A stretch of DNA of 64,000 nt, from NCBI GenBank assembly GCA_964022095.1, contig CAXHZO010000001.1, forward strand, positions 96,001 to 160,000, written 5' to 3'. Of this stretch, positions 46,709-57,283 are shown in pieces. Below the pieces are notes generated by a model. That model was not told the origin of the DNA. It searched no databases and saw nothing but the letters and a program-made list of their open reading frames with translations. A program made the translations under genes and the position numbers. This DNA is from an uncultured Arcobacteraceae bacterium. Its GTDB lineage: Bacteria > Campylobacterota > Campylobacteria > Campylobacterales > Arcobacteraceae. The first letter of the stretch is position 1, and each line of letters begins with the position of its first letter.

Positions 46709-49150
46709 CTATTTCATTTTTATTCTAAGTGAGTTTAGAACAACAAGAAGTGAACTTAAGCTCATTGAAAGTGCTGCAACAAGAGGCATTACTAAACCTG
46801 CCATTGCAAAAGGTATTGTGACTATATTATACACTAAAGATATTAATAGATTCTGTTTAATAAATTTGTATGTTCTATTAGATAATTCAAATGCCTCTTT
46901 TAATGATTTTAAAGATGAGTTTAATAAAACAATATCAGAAATTGATAAAGAAACATCTGCTGAATTGCCCATTGCTACTGCTACATCTGCATTACCTAAT
47001 GCAACACTATCATTTAATCCATCACCAACCATAATTACAGTTTTATTATCTTGCTTTAATTTTTTGATATAGTTAGCTTTTGTTACTGGAGTTTGAGAAG
47101 CATAGAACTTATCTATTCCTAGATCAGCTGATATTTTTTTTGCAACTAATTCATTATCACCAGTTAGCATTACAACTTCTAATTTTTGGTTTTTTAAATA
47201 ATCTATCAACTCTTTTGCATTATCTTTTATTTCATCAACTAACTCAAATGTAGCTACAACTTTTTTATTTATGGCAAAAAGATAAACACTATTAGAACTA
47301 TCAAATTTATACCAAATATCATTATCTCTCATAAGTTCAATATTACCACCTAAAAGAGTAAACTCTTTACCTTCAAAATTTTGATATTTTGCACTAAGAC
47401 CTTTTGAATTTATTGTTTTAACTTCATCTAAATTCTTAAGCTCTAAATTATCATATTTATTCAACAATGCTTTTTTGACAGACTTACTAATAGGATGAGA
47501 TGAAGCATCTAAAAGAGTATAAAGTAAATTTAACTTATGAATATTATCATCTAGTATTCTCATTTTTGTAACTGATAGCTCACCTTTAGTTAAAGTTCCT
47601 GTTTTATCAAAAACTACAGTATCACTTTTTGCAATAGATTCTATAAACTTTGCTTCTTTAAATAATAAACCTTTTTTAGCAAGTTCAGAAATACCTATTA
47701 AACTAGCGATTGGCGTAGCTAAGGCTAATGCACAGGGACAAGCAATCACAATTACAGAAATACCTACAATAAAAGATTTCTCAAAATGATTTGTTCCCTC
47801 ATAATCAAATCCTAAATCAATACCAAAGAAATACCAAACAATGAATGTAAAAAATGCCAATGTTAAAATTGCTGTTGTAAAACCTTTTGAAAGTTCATTT
47901 GCTGTATTTTGAATCTTTGGTTTAGAGTTTAAAGAATCTTCAAGTAGTGTAACAATAGAAGAGAATGTAGAGTTTTTAAAGTCTTTTGTTACTTCATATT
48001 CTAATAAAGAATCATTGTTAATTGTTCCACTAAAAAGTTCATCTCCAACTTTTTTATATACAGGAAGGGATTCACCGGTTAGAGTTGACTCATCAAAAGA
48101 AGCTTCTCCTTTAGTAATTTTTCCATCAACGGGTACTTTTTCACCTGCTTTTAATTGAACAATATCTCCTATGCTAATTGTATTTAAAGCAACTACTTTT
48201 TTTATTCCATCTTTAATTACTGTAGCTTCTAAAGGAAGAGATGATTTAATTTTATCTAAGGTATCAACAGCAGATTTTTTTCCGATTACTTCTAAATACT
48301 TTCCAACTAATACAAAAGTAATAATCATTGCAACACTATCAAAATAGCTTTCGCCCTTTGCTCCAAAAAGAATAAATAAAGAGTATATATAAGTAAGTGT
48401 AGCTCCAGCTGAAACTAAAAAATCCATGTTTAACACACGGTTTTTTAAACCATAATAGGCACCTTTGAAAAATACCCAACCACTATAAAAAAGAACAGGA
48501 GTTGAAAGAAAAAATTCTCCTAAATGAATCATATGTTTTATTTCATCACTCATACCAGTAAAAAAACCTGTATATTTTGCAACACCAATCATCATAATAT
48601 TCATACTTGCAACAACTGCAACCATCATACGAATGAAGTAATCTCTTTTTGCTTTTGTAGCTTGAACATCTGCAATACTTGAATCATAAGCATAAGCGTT
48701 ATATCCAATTGATCTAATTCTTAAAATAATATCAGAAAGTTTTAACTTATCACTGTCCCACACAATTCTAGCTTTGTTAGTAGTAAAGTTTATATCAGCT
48801 TGTATTATTCCTTTCGTGTCATGAAGTATTTTTTCATTTAACCAAACACAAGCAGCACAATGAATTCCTTCAATAATTAAATCTATTTGAGAAAAACCTT
48901 CATTTGTTTCATTTACATAATTGTTTAAAAAGTTTTCAGAATTGAATTTTTCTAAATCATCTCTTTCTATACTTATGGGAGGGCTAATTGTTTTATTTCC
49001 AAGCTTGTCATAAAAAGAATCTAATCCATCATCTTTTAAAAGATGGTATACACCTTGACATCCTTTACAACAAAAATTCAAATCATTTTCATTAATCATT
49101 ATATCTTCTTCAAAAGAAAGATGACAATGATTACATTTTACTTTAGACAC
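46709..49150 (-). CDS. ccoI: Heavy-metal P1B-type ATPase (CcoI/FixI)
   Basis: CxHC..FCCKGC, HCAAC, TGES, CPCAL, DKTGT, GDGLND; upstream of ccoS. Confidence 0.92.
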   Translation of the reverse strand: MSKVKCNHCHLSFEEDIMINENDLNFCCKGCQGVYHLLKDDGLDSFYDKLGNKTISPPISIERDDLEKFNSENFLNNYVNETNEGFSQIDLIIEGIHCAACVWLNEKILHDTKGIIQADINFTTNKARIVWDSDKLKLSDIILRIRSIGYNAYAYDSSIADVQATKAKRDYFIRMMVAVVASMNIMMIGVAKYTGFFTGMSDEIKHMIHLGEFFLSTPVLFYSGWVFFKGAYYGLKNRVLNMDFLVSAGATLTYIYSLFILFGAKGESYFDSVAMIITFVLVGKYLEVIGKKSAVDTLDKIKSSLPLEATVIKDGIKKVVALNTISIGDIVQLKAGEKVPVDGKITKGEASFDESTLTGESLPVYKKVGDELFSGTINNDSLLEYEVTKDFKNSTFSSIVTLLEDSLNSKPKIQNTANELSKGFTTAILTLAFFTFIVWYFFGIDLGFDYEGTNHFEKSFIVGISVIVIACPCALALATPIASLIGISELAKKGLLFKEAKFIESIAKSDTVVFDKTGTLTKGELSVTKMRILDDNIHKLNLLYTLLDASSHPISKSVKKALLNKYDNLELKNLDEVKTINSKGLSAKYQNFEGKEFTLLGGNIELMRDNDIWYKFDSSNSVYLFAINKKVVATFELVDEIKDNAKELIDYLKNQKLEVVMLTGDNELVAKKISADLGIDKFYASQTPVTKANYIKKLKQDNKTVIMVGDGLNDSVALGNADVAVAMGNSADVSLSISDIVLLNSSLKSLKEAFELSNRTYKFIKQNLLISLVYNIVTIPFAMAGLVMPLVAALSMSLSSLLVVLNSLRIKMK

Positions 49151-49255
49151 TATGTTTTCCTACTATTTATTCATAAATCAAAAAATTATTTTTTAGAATT
49201 CTATTGAAATTTGTTTTGTAATTTTATTTAATTATGTTATTATATCTTATTAAAT

Positions 49256-50896
49256 TTGGAGTGTGTCTTAATTATGGTAAGCAATATATCTATACTAAAA
49301 AATATTACAATTTTATATGCTGAGGATGAAAAAGACTTAAGAGAAGTTACACATCAAATTCTAAAGGGTTTTACAAAGAAACAATACGTTGCCACAAATG
49401 GGCAAGAGGGTTTAGAACTTTTTAAAGAACATGAAAATGAAATAGATTTAATTATTACTGATGTAAATATGCCTATACTAAATGGGCTAGATATGGTTAA
49501 AGAAATAAAAAAAATCAATATAAATATTCCTATTATTGTAGCAACTGCATTTTCAAATAAAGAGTATTTATTAGAAGCTATTGATATTGGTGTTGACAAA
49601 TATGTACTAAAACCAATTGATATTTCAAAACTTCTACAAGTTATGTCTCAATCGCTACTATATCATGAATTAAAAGACTTATATATTGATAAACTTACCA
49701 ACTTACCAAATAGAAATAAATTAAAAAAAGAATTAGATGAAAATCATGTTGAACTAATGGCATTAATTGATATTGATGAATTTTCAACTATTAATGACTT
49801 ATTTGGTGAAGAAAATGGTGATATTATCTTAACAGAGCTAGCAAAAAAAATAAAACAATCATTTGATGAAAACTTTTTTACTACCTATAGAATTGAAGCA
49901 GACAAGTTTGCTATTGTTGCAAAAGCTCAAGATCAAAATTTAGATGAATTTTATGAATTATGTAAAAACTTTGCAGATAAAATTGAAAAAGAGTCTTTAT
50001 ATATTCAAGAAAATGAAATTGATATAAATATCACTATTGGAATTGCAAAAGGTGACGGTGCTCTCGCATTTAAATACTCTCAAAGAGTTATAAACTATGC
50101 AAGGTCAAAACTGCAAAGAATTATGATTTATAATGAAGCATTTAAAATTCAACAATCATTTGAAGAGAATATCAAATGGGTTAAACAACTAAAAACAGGA
50201 TTTAGAGAGAATTTATTTCAAGCATACTTCCAACCTATTGTAGATACAAAAACAAAAGAAGTTCATAAGTATGAAGCACTTATTAGATATATAACAAAAG
50301 AAGGGAAAGAGATATCTCCTGCAAACTTTTTAAATGTTGCAAAAAGAACTAAGCTTTATCCAAATATTATAAAAATCATTCTACAGGACTCATTTAAATT
50401 AATAAAAGAAAAAAATAAAAGAGTATCTGTAAATATATCATTTGATGATATTGCAAATGAAGAAACAACAAACTTTGTTTATGAAATACTAGAGCAAAAT
50501 AAAGATTATACAGACCGACTTGAATTTGAAATTTTAGAATCAGAAGAGATTTCAGACTTTGATCAAGTTGCAAAATTTATTTCTAATATTAAAAAATTCA
50601 ATTGTATAGTTGGAGTTGATGACTTTGGAGCAGGATATTCAAACTTTAATTTATTAACACTTCTTGATATTGATTTTGTAAAAATTGATGGTTCTTTAAT
50701 TGAGAGTATTAATACCTCAAAAGATTTAGAAATAATAGTAAGTACAATAGCTAACTTCTCAAAAGAGTTTAAAGTAAAAACAGTAGCAGAATATGTATCA
50801 AATGAAGAGATTTATAATAAAATTAAAGAGTTAAATATTGACTATTGTCAGGGTTATTACTTTGATAAGCCTACAAGTTATGATTCTATTAGCTAA
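49256..50896 (+). CDS. REC-GGDEF(degenerate)-EAL c-di-GMP phosphodiesterase (start may be 49274)
   Basis: AEDE/TDVNMP/KP receiver; DKLTNLPNR with EADKF in place of GGDEF; YEALIR, DDFGAGYS, KIDGS, QGYYF. Confidence 0.9.
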   Translation: MECVLIMVSNISILKNITILYAEDEKDLREVTHQILKGFTKKQYVATNGQEGLELFKEHENEIDLIITDVNMPILNGLDMVKEIKKININIPIIVATAFSNKEYLLEAIDIGVDKYVLKPIDISKLLQVMSQSLLYHELKDLYIDKLTNLPNRNKLKKELDENHVELMALIDIDEFSTINDLFGEENGDIILTELAKKIKQSFDENFFTTYRIEADKFAIVAKAQDQNLDEFYELCKNFADKIEKESLYIQENEIDINITIGIAKGDGALAFKYSQRVINYARSKLQRIMIYNEAFKIQQSFEENIKWVKQLKTGFRENLFQAYFQPIVDTKTKEVHKYEALIRYITKEGKEISPANFLNVAKRTKLYPNIIKIILQDSFKLIKEKNKRVSVNISFDDIANEETTNFVYEILEQNKDYTDRLEFEILESEEISDFDQVAKFISNIKKFNCIVGVDDFGAGYSNFNLLTLLDIDFVKIDGSLIESINTSKDLEIIVSTIANFSKEFKVKTVAEYVSNEEIYNKIKELNIDYCQGYYFDKPTSYDSIS

Positions 50897-50898
50897 AT

Positions 50899-51519
50899 TT
50901 AATTTAGCCAATTAGAAACAATATTTTCTTTATCAAATAGTCTTGCTTTTATTCTTGTAATATTAGCAATTGAGACTAATTGTTTTGCTGCAACTTCTAA
51001 ATTATCATTAATTATTAAATAGTCGTATGTATCAAAATACTCAACTTCAGTTTTAGCATTTTTTATTCTTTTTTCAATTATATCTTTACTATCTGTAGCT
51101 CTTGAAGTTAATCTATTTTCTAACTCTTTTAAATTTGGAGTAGTAATAAATACTGAAGTTACAATTGAATCAAGCTTTTGTCTTACAATTTCATGACCTT
51201 GAACATCTATATCAAAAATTACTAATTTACCATCATTTAAAGCATCCATAATTGGTTTTAATGATGTTCCATAATAATTATCATGAACTTTTGCATATTC
51301 TAAAAATCCATCATCTTCTATATCTTTTTCAAACTCTTCCTTTGATACAAAATAGTAATCAACACCATTTTGTTCACCTTCTCTTGGGTCTCTTGTTGTA
51401 GTAGAAATAGAAAAATAAAAATCATCAATTTCTTTATAAACTTCTTTTAATAAAGTAGATTTACCACAACCACTAGGTCCTGATAAAATTAAAATTGCAC
51501 CTTTTTTTTCACTAATCAA
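50899..51519 (-). CDS. gmk: Guanylate kinase
   Basis: GPSGCGKST, STTTRDPREGEQNGVDYYF, NYYGT, DIDVQG. Confidence 0.97.
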   Translation of the reverse strand: MISEKKGAILILSGPSGCGKSTLLKEVYKEIDDFYFSISTTTRDPREGEQNGVDYYFVSKEEFEKDIEDDGFLEYAKVHDNYYGTSLKPIMDALNDGKLVIFDIDVQGHEIVRQKLDSIVTSVFITTPNLKELENRLTSRATDSKDIIEKRIKNAKTEVEYFDTYDYLIINDNLEVAAKQLVSIANITRIKARLFDKENIVSNWLN

Positions 51520-52331
51520 TTTTTATCCTTTAAAGCTATTCGAACATCAACAATTTCATTATTTGCTAGTTTATCAATAATTGCTTGGTCAAATTTTTCT
51601 AATAATGGTTTTAATTCATCTATTTGAAAATGACTAAGTACTAAATTATATTGTTTAGGTTCAGTTTGTTCTAAATCAAACTCATAATCTTTTACTTCAT
51701 CTAAGGCATCATCAATAATATCTGAGATATTTTTCCAATCCTCTTTTTCTAAATTAATCTCTTCTTGAATAGACTCTTCATTTAAAATATCTGTTATTTT
51801 AGATAACTCACTTTCATCTAAAACCCCACCATTTCTAAGAGTCCCTAAACTTATAATACTCTCATCATTTTGCTCTTCAATTTCATCATAAATATCATCT
51901 GCAAGTGAATTAACATAATCATTAACAGGAACTGTAACCTCTTCATCTTCTTCATAATCTAAATCAACAATAGTTGGGTCTTCTGATTTAGTTTCATTTT
52001 TATAGTTTTCCACTTGAACTTCTTCTTTTATTAATTCTATTTGCTCTTGAATTAAATTTAATAAAGCAGTTGGTAAAAAAGGTCTTGGAATAATAAAATC
52101 TCTTGATTTATCAAAAGGTAACTCTTCACTTGAAATTGCACCTAATTTTTTTGAAAACTGTTTTATAATATTAAACTTATCATCAATAAAATTTTGATCA
52201 ATTACAATTAAATCATATCTATCTTCAACATTGTTATTTTTCTGTACAGTTAACTTTATATTTAGTTTCTTACAAACTAAAGTAAATATATGCTCAATTA
52301 TTGCAGTCTCACATATTAATAATAAATTCAC
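51516..52331 (-). CDS. Highly acidic hypothetical protein with a receiver-like N-terminus
   Basis: D/E-rich; N-terminal YDLIVID..PRPFLP receiver-like pattern; translationally coupled to both neighbours. Confidence 0.7.
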   Translation of the reverse strand: MNLLLICETAIIEHIFTLVCKKLNIKLTVQKNNNVEDRYDLIVIDQNFIDDKFNIIKQFSKKLGAISSEELPFDKSRDFIIPRPFLPTALLNLIQEQIELIKEEVQVENYKNETKSEDPTIVDLDYEEDEEVTVPVNDYVNSLADDIYDEIEEQNDESIISLGTLRNGGVLDESELSKITDILNEESIQEEINLEKEDWKNISDIIDDALDEVKDYEFDLEQTEPKQYNLVLSHFQIDELKPLLEKFDQAIIDKLANNEIVDVRIALKDKN

Positions 52332-53014
52332 TTTAACTCCTGCAATTTTAAATCTTCTAATTTATAAACTTTATCACACTTATAAGCTAATTCATGCTCA
52401 TGTGTAACTAATATTAATCCTGCATCATTACTTTTTATATAATTAAACAGTGTATCCATTACAATATTAGCAGTATCTTTATCAAGATTGCCTGTTGGTT
52501 CATCTGCAAATATTATCTTAGGTTTTTTTGTTAAAACTCTAGCAATTGATAATCTTTGCTGTTGACCACCACTTAATTCTCCAATTCCTTGAGATAAAAC
52601 ATGATCGATTTTTAAATCTTTTAGCAACTCTTCATCAAGCTTTTCACCACTTAGAAAAGTAGCAATATCTAGGTTTTCTTGAGCAGAAAATCCTCTAAAT
52701 AAATAATGTGCTTGAAAAATTATACCAAAATCTTCTCTTCTTATTTTTAAAAGTTCGTTTTGATTTAAAGAGTATAAATCTCTATTTTCAAATAAAACTT
52801 CGCCATCATAAGGCTTTAAAAGAGTTGATAAAATATTTAAAAGTGTTGATTTACCACTACCACTTGTTCCTATAATAGAAATAGATTCTCTTTTGTTTAG
52901 TGATAAGTTGATATTATTAAAAAGTTCGTAGTCGAACTTGTGAGTTAGATTATTAGCAGTTAATAGTTGGTCATCTTGGATGGGTGTTTCAGTTTTAACA
53001 TTATCACCCATCAC
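52328..53014 (-). CDS. ABC transporter ATP-binding protein (LolD/MacB-like)
   Basis: GTSGSGKST, LSGGQQQR, ADEPTGNLD. Confidence 0.9.
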   Translation of the reverse strand: MMGDNVKTETPIQDDQLLTANNLTHKFDYELFNNINLSLNKRESISIIGTSGSGKSTLLNILSTLLKPYDGEVLFENRDLYSLNQNELLKIRREDFGIIFQAHYLFRGFSAQENLDIATFLSGEKLDEELLKDLKIDHVLSQGIGELSGGQQQRLSIARVLTKKPKIIFADEPTGNLDKDTANIVMDTLFNYIKSNDAGLILVTHEHELAYKCDKVYKLEDLKLQELK

Positions 53015-53046
53015 AAGTCCACCTTTTGAAAAATTTTCGTTAGAAA

Positions 53047-54090
53047 TTATTTACCCATTTGAGCAGCAACTTCTGCAGCAAAATCTTCTTCTTTTTTCTC
53101 GATACCATCACCAAGTTCAAATCTTACATATTCAACTAATTCAATTGATGCATCACAAGCTTTAATAGCTTGCTCAACAGTCATTGAATCATCCATAACG
53201 TAAGTTTGAGATAATAATGCATGAGCTTTATCTAATTGAGAGTTATCTTCAATCCATCTATTAATTTTACCTTTAACAATGTTTCCAATAATTTTCTCAG
53301 GTTTACCTTGAGCTAATAACTCTTCTTTCATAGAAGCTTCAGCAGCAGCAATAGCTTCATCAGTTAATTGTTGCTTAGAAACAAACTCAGGGATATTTTT
53401 AAGAGGCTTACCAAGTCTTACTAACTCTTCATTCTCTTTTTCAATATCAGCAATAATTGCTTTATTTTCTGATTCAATAAATTCAGCTGATAAATCTTGG
53501 TAAGAAATAACAGTTGGTTTCATAGAAGCAGCGTGCATTGCAATTTTCTTTAATAAGTCAGTTGTTTTTTCTTTTGCAGAATCATCACATTTTGCAGATA
53601 AAATAACACCAACTTTTCCTAAGTGAACGTAACCATTTACAACTGAACCTTCAACATTAACAACTTTTCTAGCAACTAAATTTTCACCAATTACAGCGAT
53701 TTTTTCGTTTAAGAAAGTTGTAAACTCTTGACCTTCAATTGAAGAAGTTGCTAAAGCTTCAGCATCAACAATGTTGTTATCTTGAACATGTTGAGTAATT
53801 CCTTTAGTTAAGTTTAAGAACTGCTCATTTTTAGCAACAAAGTCAGTTTGTGAGTTAACTTCTGTCATTGTAGCTTTTGTATTGTCATCATTAACTAAGA
53901 TAGTAATAATACCTTCAGCAGCAACATTACCTGATTTTTTAGCAGCCTTTGCAAGACCTTGCTCTCTTAACCAAGTTTGTGCTTCTTCGATATCACCATT
54001 ACACTCATTTAATGCTTTTTTACAATCAAGCATACCTGCACCAGATTTTTCTCTTAATTCTTTAATTAATTTAGGAGTTGCACCAGCCAT
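53047..54090 (-). CDS. tsf: Elongation factor Ts
   Basis: LREKSGAGMLDCKKAL, NSQTDFVAKN, DFAAEVAA. Confidence 0.98.
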   Translation of the reverse strand: MAGATPKLIKELREKSGAGMLDCKKALNECNGDIEEAQTWLREQGLAKAAKKSGNVAAEGIITILVNDDNTKATMTEVNSQTDFVAKNEQFLNLTKGITQHVQDNNIVDAEALATSSIEGQEFTTFLNEKIAVIGENLVARKVVNVEGSVVNGYVHLGKVGVILSAKCDDSAKEKTTDLLKKIAMHAASMKPTVISYQDLSAEFIESENKAIIADIEKENEELVRLGKPLKNIPEFVSKQQLTDEAIAAAEASMKEELLAQGKPEKIIGNIVKGKINRWIEDNSQLDKAHALLSQTYVMDDSMTVEQAIKACDASIELVEYVRFELGDGIEKKEEDFAAEVAAQMGK

Positions 54091-54092
54091 AA

Positions 54093-54881
54093 TTACGCTT
54101 CCTTAGTTTCTGTTGATTCAGATTCACCTTCAGCTACTGCTTCAGCAACAACTTCCGCTTGTTCTTCAGCAGATACAGGCTCTTCTTCACCATTTTCTTC
54201 AGCTAATACTGCTTTACCTTCATTCATTGCTGCAGCCATTTCGTTACAGAATAATTGAATTGATCTAATTGCATCATCATTACCTGGAATTGGTAAATCA
54301 ACTACATCTGGATCACAGTTAGTATCTAAAGGAGCAACAACTGTAATTCCTAATCTTCTTGCTTCTTGGATAGCAATTTTTTCTTTAACTGCATCTAAAA
54401 CGAACATCATATCTGGTAATTTGTTCATTTCTTTAATACCACCAAGGTATAACTCTAATTTTGCTTCTTTTCTAGAAAGCATTAAAGCTTCTTTTTTAGT
54501 AAGTAAGTCTAATTGACCTTCTTCTCTCATTTTTTTAATAATTTCTAATTTTCTAATAGATTTTTTAATTGTTCCAAAGTTAGTTAACATACCACCTAAC
54601 CATCTGTGATTAACATATGGCATACCACAATTTTCTGCAGCTCTTTTAACAGCTTCACTAGCTTGTTTTTTAGTACCAACAAAAATCATTGTTTCACCAG
54701 TAGCAGCTCTATCTCTAACAACATTATATGTATATCTGAAGTATCTTAACGTCTTTTGTAAGTCGATAATATAAATATTCTTTCTAACACCGAAAATGAA
54801 TTTTTTCATTTTTGGATTCCATCTTCTTGTTTGGTGTCCGAAGTGTACACCACATTCTAATAGGTCTTTCATTGTAACCAT
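54093..54881 (-). CDS. rpsB: 30S ribosomal protein S2
   Basis: [34 protein letters not shown]. Confidence 0.99.
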   Translation of the reverse strand: MVTMKDLLECGVHFGHQTRRWNPKMKKFIFGVRKNIYIIDLQKTLRYFRYTYNVVRDRAATGETMIFVGTKKQASEAVKRAAENCGMPYVNHRWLGGMLTNFGTIKKSIRKLEIIKKMREEGQLDLLTKKEALMLSRKEAKLELYLGGIKEMNKLPDMMFVLDAVKEKIAIQEARRLGITVVAPLDTNCDPDVVDLPIPGNDDAIRSIQLFCNEMAAAMNEGKAVLAEENGEEEPVSAEEQAEVVAEAVAEGESESTETKEA

Positions 54882-55005
54882 AGTAATTCTCCTTGAATAT
54901 ATTGTAATTGGGTTTAGCCTCTGTGCCCCTTAATGTTTTCACACAACCCAAATCAGGATGTTGACACATGTGAGGTTCTAATTTAAAATTAGAGTCGTGA
55001 TTCTA
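54882..55005 (-). promoter_or_regulatory. rpsB-tsf promoter and long 5' leader (likely S2 autoregulatory leader)
   Basis: TAGAAT -10 at 55000-55005 on the minus strand; ~110-nt leader, GC-richer than the surroundings. Confidence 0.5.
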
Positions 55006-55099
55006 ACTGAATAAAGATTAATATTTCTTTAAGTAAAATTTCAATCTTTATTTACCACTAATTAGATAAAATCACTTTATCAAAAATAAAGGACTTTTT

Positions 55100-56053
55100 T
55101 TGAGTTTCAATGAAAAACTAATTAACTTAAAAGCAGAAATTGCAAAAGGTGTTGTTGGCCAAGAGGATATGGTTAACTCTATTTTAATAGGATTACTAAC
55201 AAATGGACACATACTACTTGAAGGTGTTCCAGGACTTGCAAAAACTACAACTGTAAAGTGTGTTGCTGATGCAATTGATTTAAATTTCAAAAGAGTACAG
55301 TTTACTCCTGATCTACTGCCAAGTGATATTATAGGTACTCAAATCTATGATATGAAAACTGGTGATTTTAAAATAAAAAAAGGACCAATTTTTACAAATT
55401 TTTTATTAGCAGATGAAATAAATAGAGCTCCAGCGAAAGTACAATCAGCACTGCTTGAAGTTATGCAAGAAAGACAAGTAACTATTGCAGAAGATAGTTT
55501 TAAAATTGATGAGCCTTTCTTAGTTTTAGCTACACAAAATCCAATTGAGCAAGAAGGTGCATATAGTTTGCCAGAAGCACAACTTGATAGATTTATGTTT
55601 AAAATTGTAGTTGGATATAACACAAAAGAGCAAGAGTGGGAGATAGCAAAAAAAGTTACTATGAATAGTTTTGAAGAAATTCAAAAAGCTATTGATAAAG
55701 ACATTTTAAAATCATTAAAAAATGAAGTAAAAAATGTACACATAGATAAAGAACTTGAAGAGTATATTATCGATATTATTTGCGCAACAAGAGAACCAAA
55801 AGAGTATGGTCTTGAAGAGCTTGAAAATAGTATTCACTTTGGTGCAAGCCCAAGGGCAACTATCGATATGTTTAAAGCAGTAAAAGCCAATGCCTTTATT
55901 AGAGGGAATGATTTTGTAAGCCCAGTTGATATTGCAATGATTATTAAAAATGTTTTAAGACATAGAGTTATTTTAACATATGAAGCAATGGCAAATGAAA
56001 TACAAGTTGATGATATTATTCAAAAGATATTAGAGAAAATAAATATCCCATAA
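55100..56053 (+). CDS. MoxR-family AAA+ ATPase
   Basis: EGVPGLAKT, RVQFTPDLLPSD, LADEINRAPAKVQSALLE, ATQNPIEQEG. Confidence 0.95.
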   Translation: MSFNEKLINLKAEIAKGVVGQEDMVNSILIGLLTNGHILLEGVPGLAKTTTVKCVADAIDLNFKRVQFTPDLLPSDIIGTQIYDMKTGDFKIKKGPIFTNFLLADEINRAPAKVQSALLEVMQERQVTIAEDSFKIDEPFLVLATQNPIEQEGAYSLPEAQLDRFMFKIVVGYNTKEQEWEIAKKVTMNSFEEIQKAIDKDILKSLKNEVKNVHIDKELEEYIIDIICATREPKEYGLEELENSIHFGASPRATIDMFKAVKANAFIRGNDFVSPVDIAMIIKNVLRHRVILTYEAMANEIQVDDIIQKILEKINIP

Positions 56054-56054
56054 T

Positions 56055-56888
56055 ATGAATCAAGTTTTAAAAAAGATACTAATAAAAACTAAAAGAAATG
56101 TTTTTTCTGAAATCATCGGTAATAATTCAAGCCTAAAAAAAGGTGAAGGTTATGATTTTTGTGAATTAAAAGAGTATGAATATGGTGATGATGTAAAAAA
56201 TATTGATTGGGTTATTAGTGCAAAAATGCAAAAACCTTATGTAAAACAGTTCTACGCACAAAAAGAGTTAAACATAAAAATAGTATCTTTTTTAAACGGC
56301 TCAACTTATTTTGGAACAAAAAAATTCAAACAAGAAACAATAACAGAACTAGCAAGTGCAATTGGGTATATTAGTGTAAAGCAAGGAGATCCCTTTGCTT
56401 CGTATATTGCAAATGAGAACTTAGAAGTTTGCACTAAAAAATCCAAAAGAGTTTTTAATGTAAATTACATGGCCGAACAGTTTTTCAACTATAATGTACT
56501 TGGGAAAAACATTGATTATAAAAAAATCACTAAAGAACTTTTTAGAACAATTCATCACAAATCAATAATCTTTTTAATAGGAGATTTCTTTGATGTTCAA
56601 AATCTTGATTTAAAACTTTTAAGTAAAAAACATGAAGTAATAGCTTTAATTGTAAGAGATAAATTTGAAGAAAACCCAAGTGAAATTGGCAATGTAAATT
56701 TTGTAGATCCCTCAAATAATAAAAACTTTGAAGGAGTTATAAACTCAAGTTCTGTTAAACACTATACTTCAAAAGTAAAACAAAATGATAGAAAACTCTT
56801 TACACATTTTCAAGATTGTGCAATAAAGTTTACAAAAGTTTATACCCATGAAGATAGTATAAAAAAACTAATTGGAGTATTAAGATAA
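56055..56888 (+). CDS. DUF58 domain protein
   Basis: GYDFCELKEYEYGDDVKNIDW; follows moxR. Confidence 0.9.
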   Translation: MNQVLKKILIKTKRNVFSEIIGNNSSLKKGEGYDFCELKEYEYGDDVKNIDWVISAKMQKPYVKQFYAQKELNIKIVSFLNGSTYFGTKKFKQETITELASAIGYISVKQGDPFASYIANENLEVCTKKSKRVFNVNYMAEQFFNYNVLGKNIDYKKITKELFRTIHHKSIIFLIGDFFDVQNLDLKLLSKKHEVIALIVRDKFEENPSEIGNVNFVDPSNNKNFEGVINSSSVKHYTSKVKQNDRKLFTHFQDCAIKFTKVYTHEDSIKKLIGVLR

Positions 56889-57283
56889 TGCAAGAAAATC
56901 CTTTATCAAAACTTCATGATATAAAACCTTTAGTTCAAATACCCGATAACTCTTTTTTTGTTTATTTAGCATTAGTTGTTACAACTATTTTATTTATAGT
57001 TATTGTAGTTTTTTTACTTATTAAACTTTATAAGAATAGAAAAAAAAGTGATAGGAAAAAATATTTTGAAATACTAGAAAATATTGATTTTACTAATTCA
57101 AAACAAAGTGCTTATGATATTACAAAATATTCAAGACTATTAGCTAGAAGTGATAGAGAAATTAGACTTTGCGAAGAATTAATAGAAGAATTAGATAAGT
57201 ACAAGTATAAAAAACAAGTAGAAGAAATTGATAAAAAGATTAAAGCAAAGTTTTCAAACTTTATGGATGTGATTGATGTTTAG
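56888..57283 (+). CDS. Single-TM hypothetical protein of the MoxR/VWA operon (DUF4381-like position)
   Basis: LHDIKP followed by a TM helix; operon context. Confidence 0.7.
   Translation: MQENPLSKLHDIKPLVQIPDNSFFVYLALVVTTILFIVIVVFLLIKLYKNRKKSDRKKYFEILENIDFTNSKQSAYDITKYSRLLARSDREIRLCEELIEELDKYKYKKQVEEIDKKIKAKFSNFMDVIDV

Noticed and set aside
49256-50896. Degenerate GGDEF (EADKF) in a REC-GGDEF-EAL protein
   Set aside because: Common arrangement for dedicated phosphodiesterases
54784-54969. 61-aa ORF overlapping the rpsB start as a leader peptide
   Set aside because: Out of frame with rpsB, no clear RBS; the region is better explained as the rpsB 5' leader RNA
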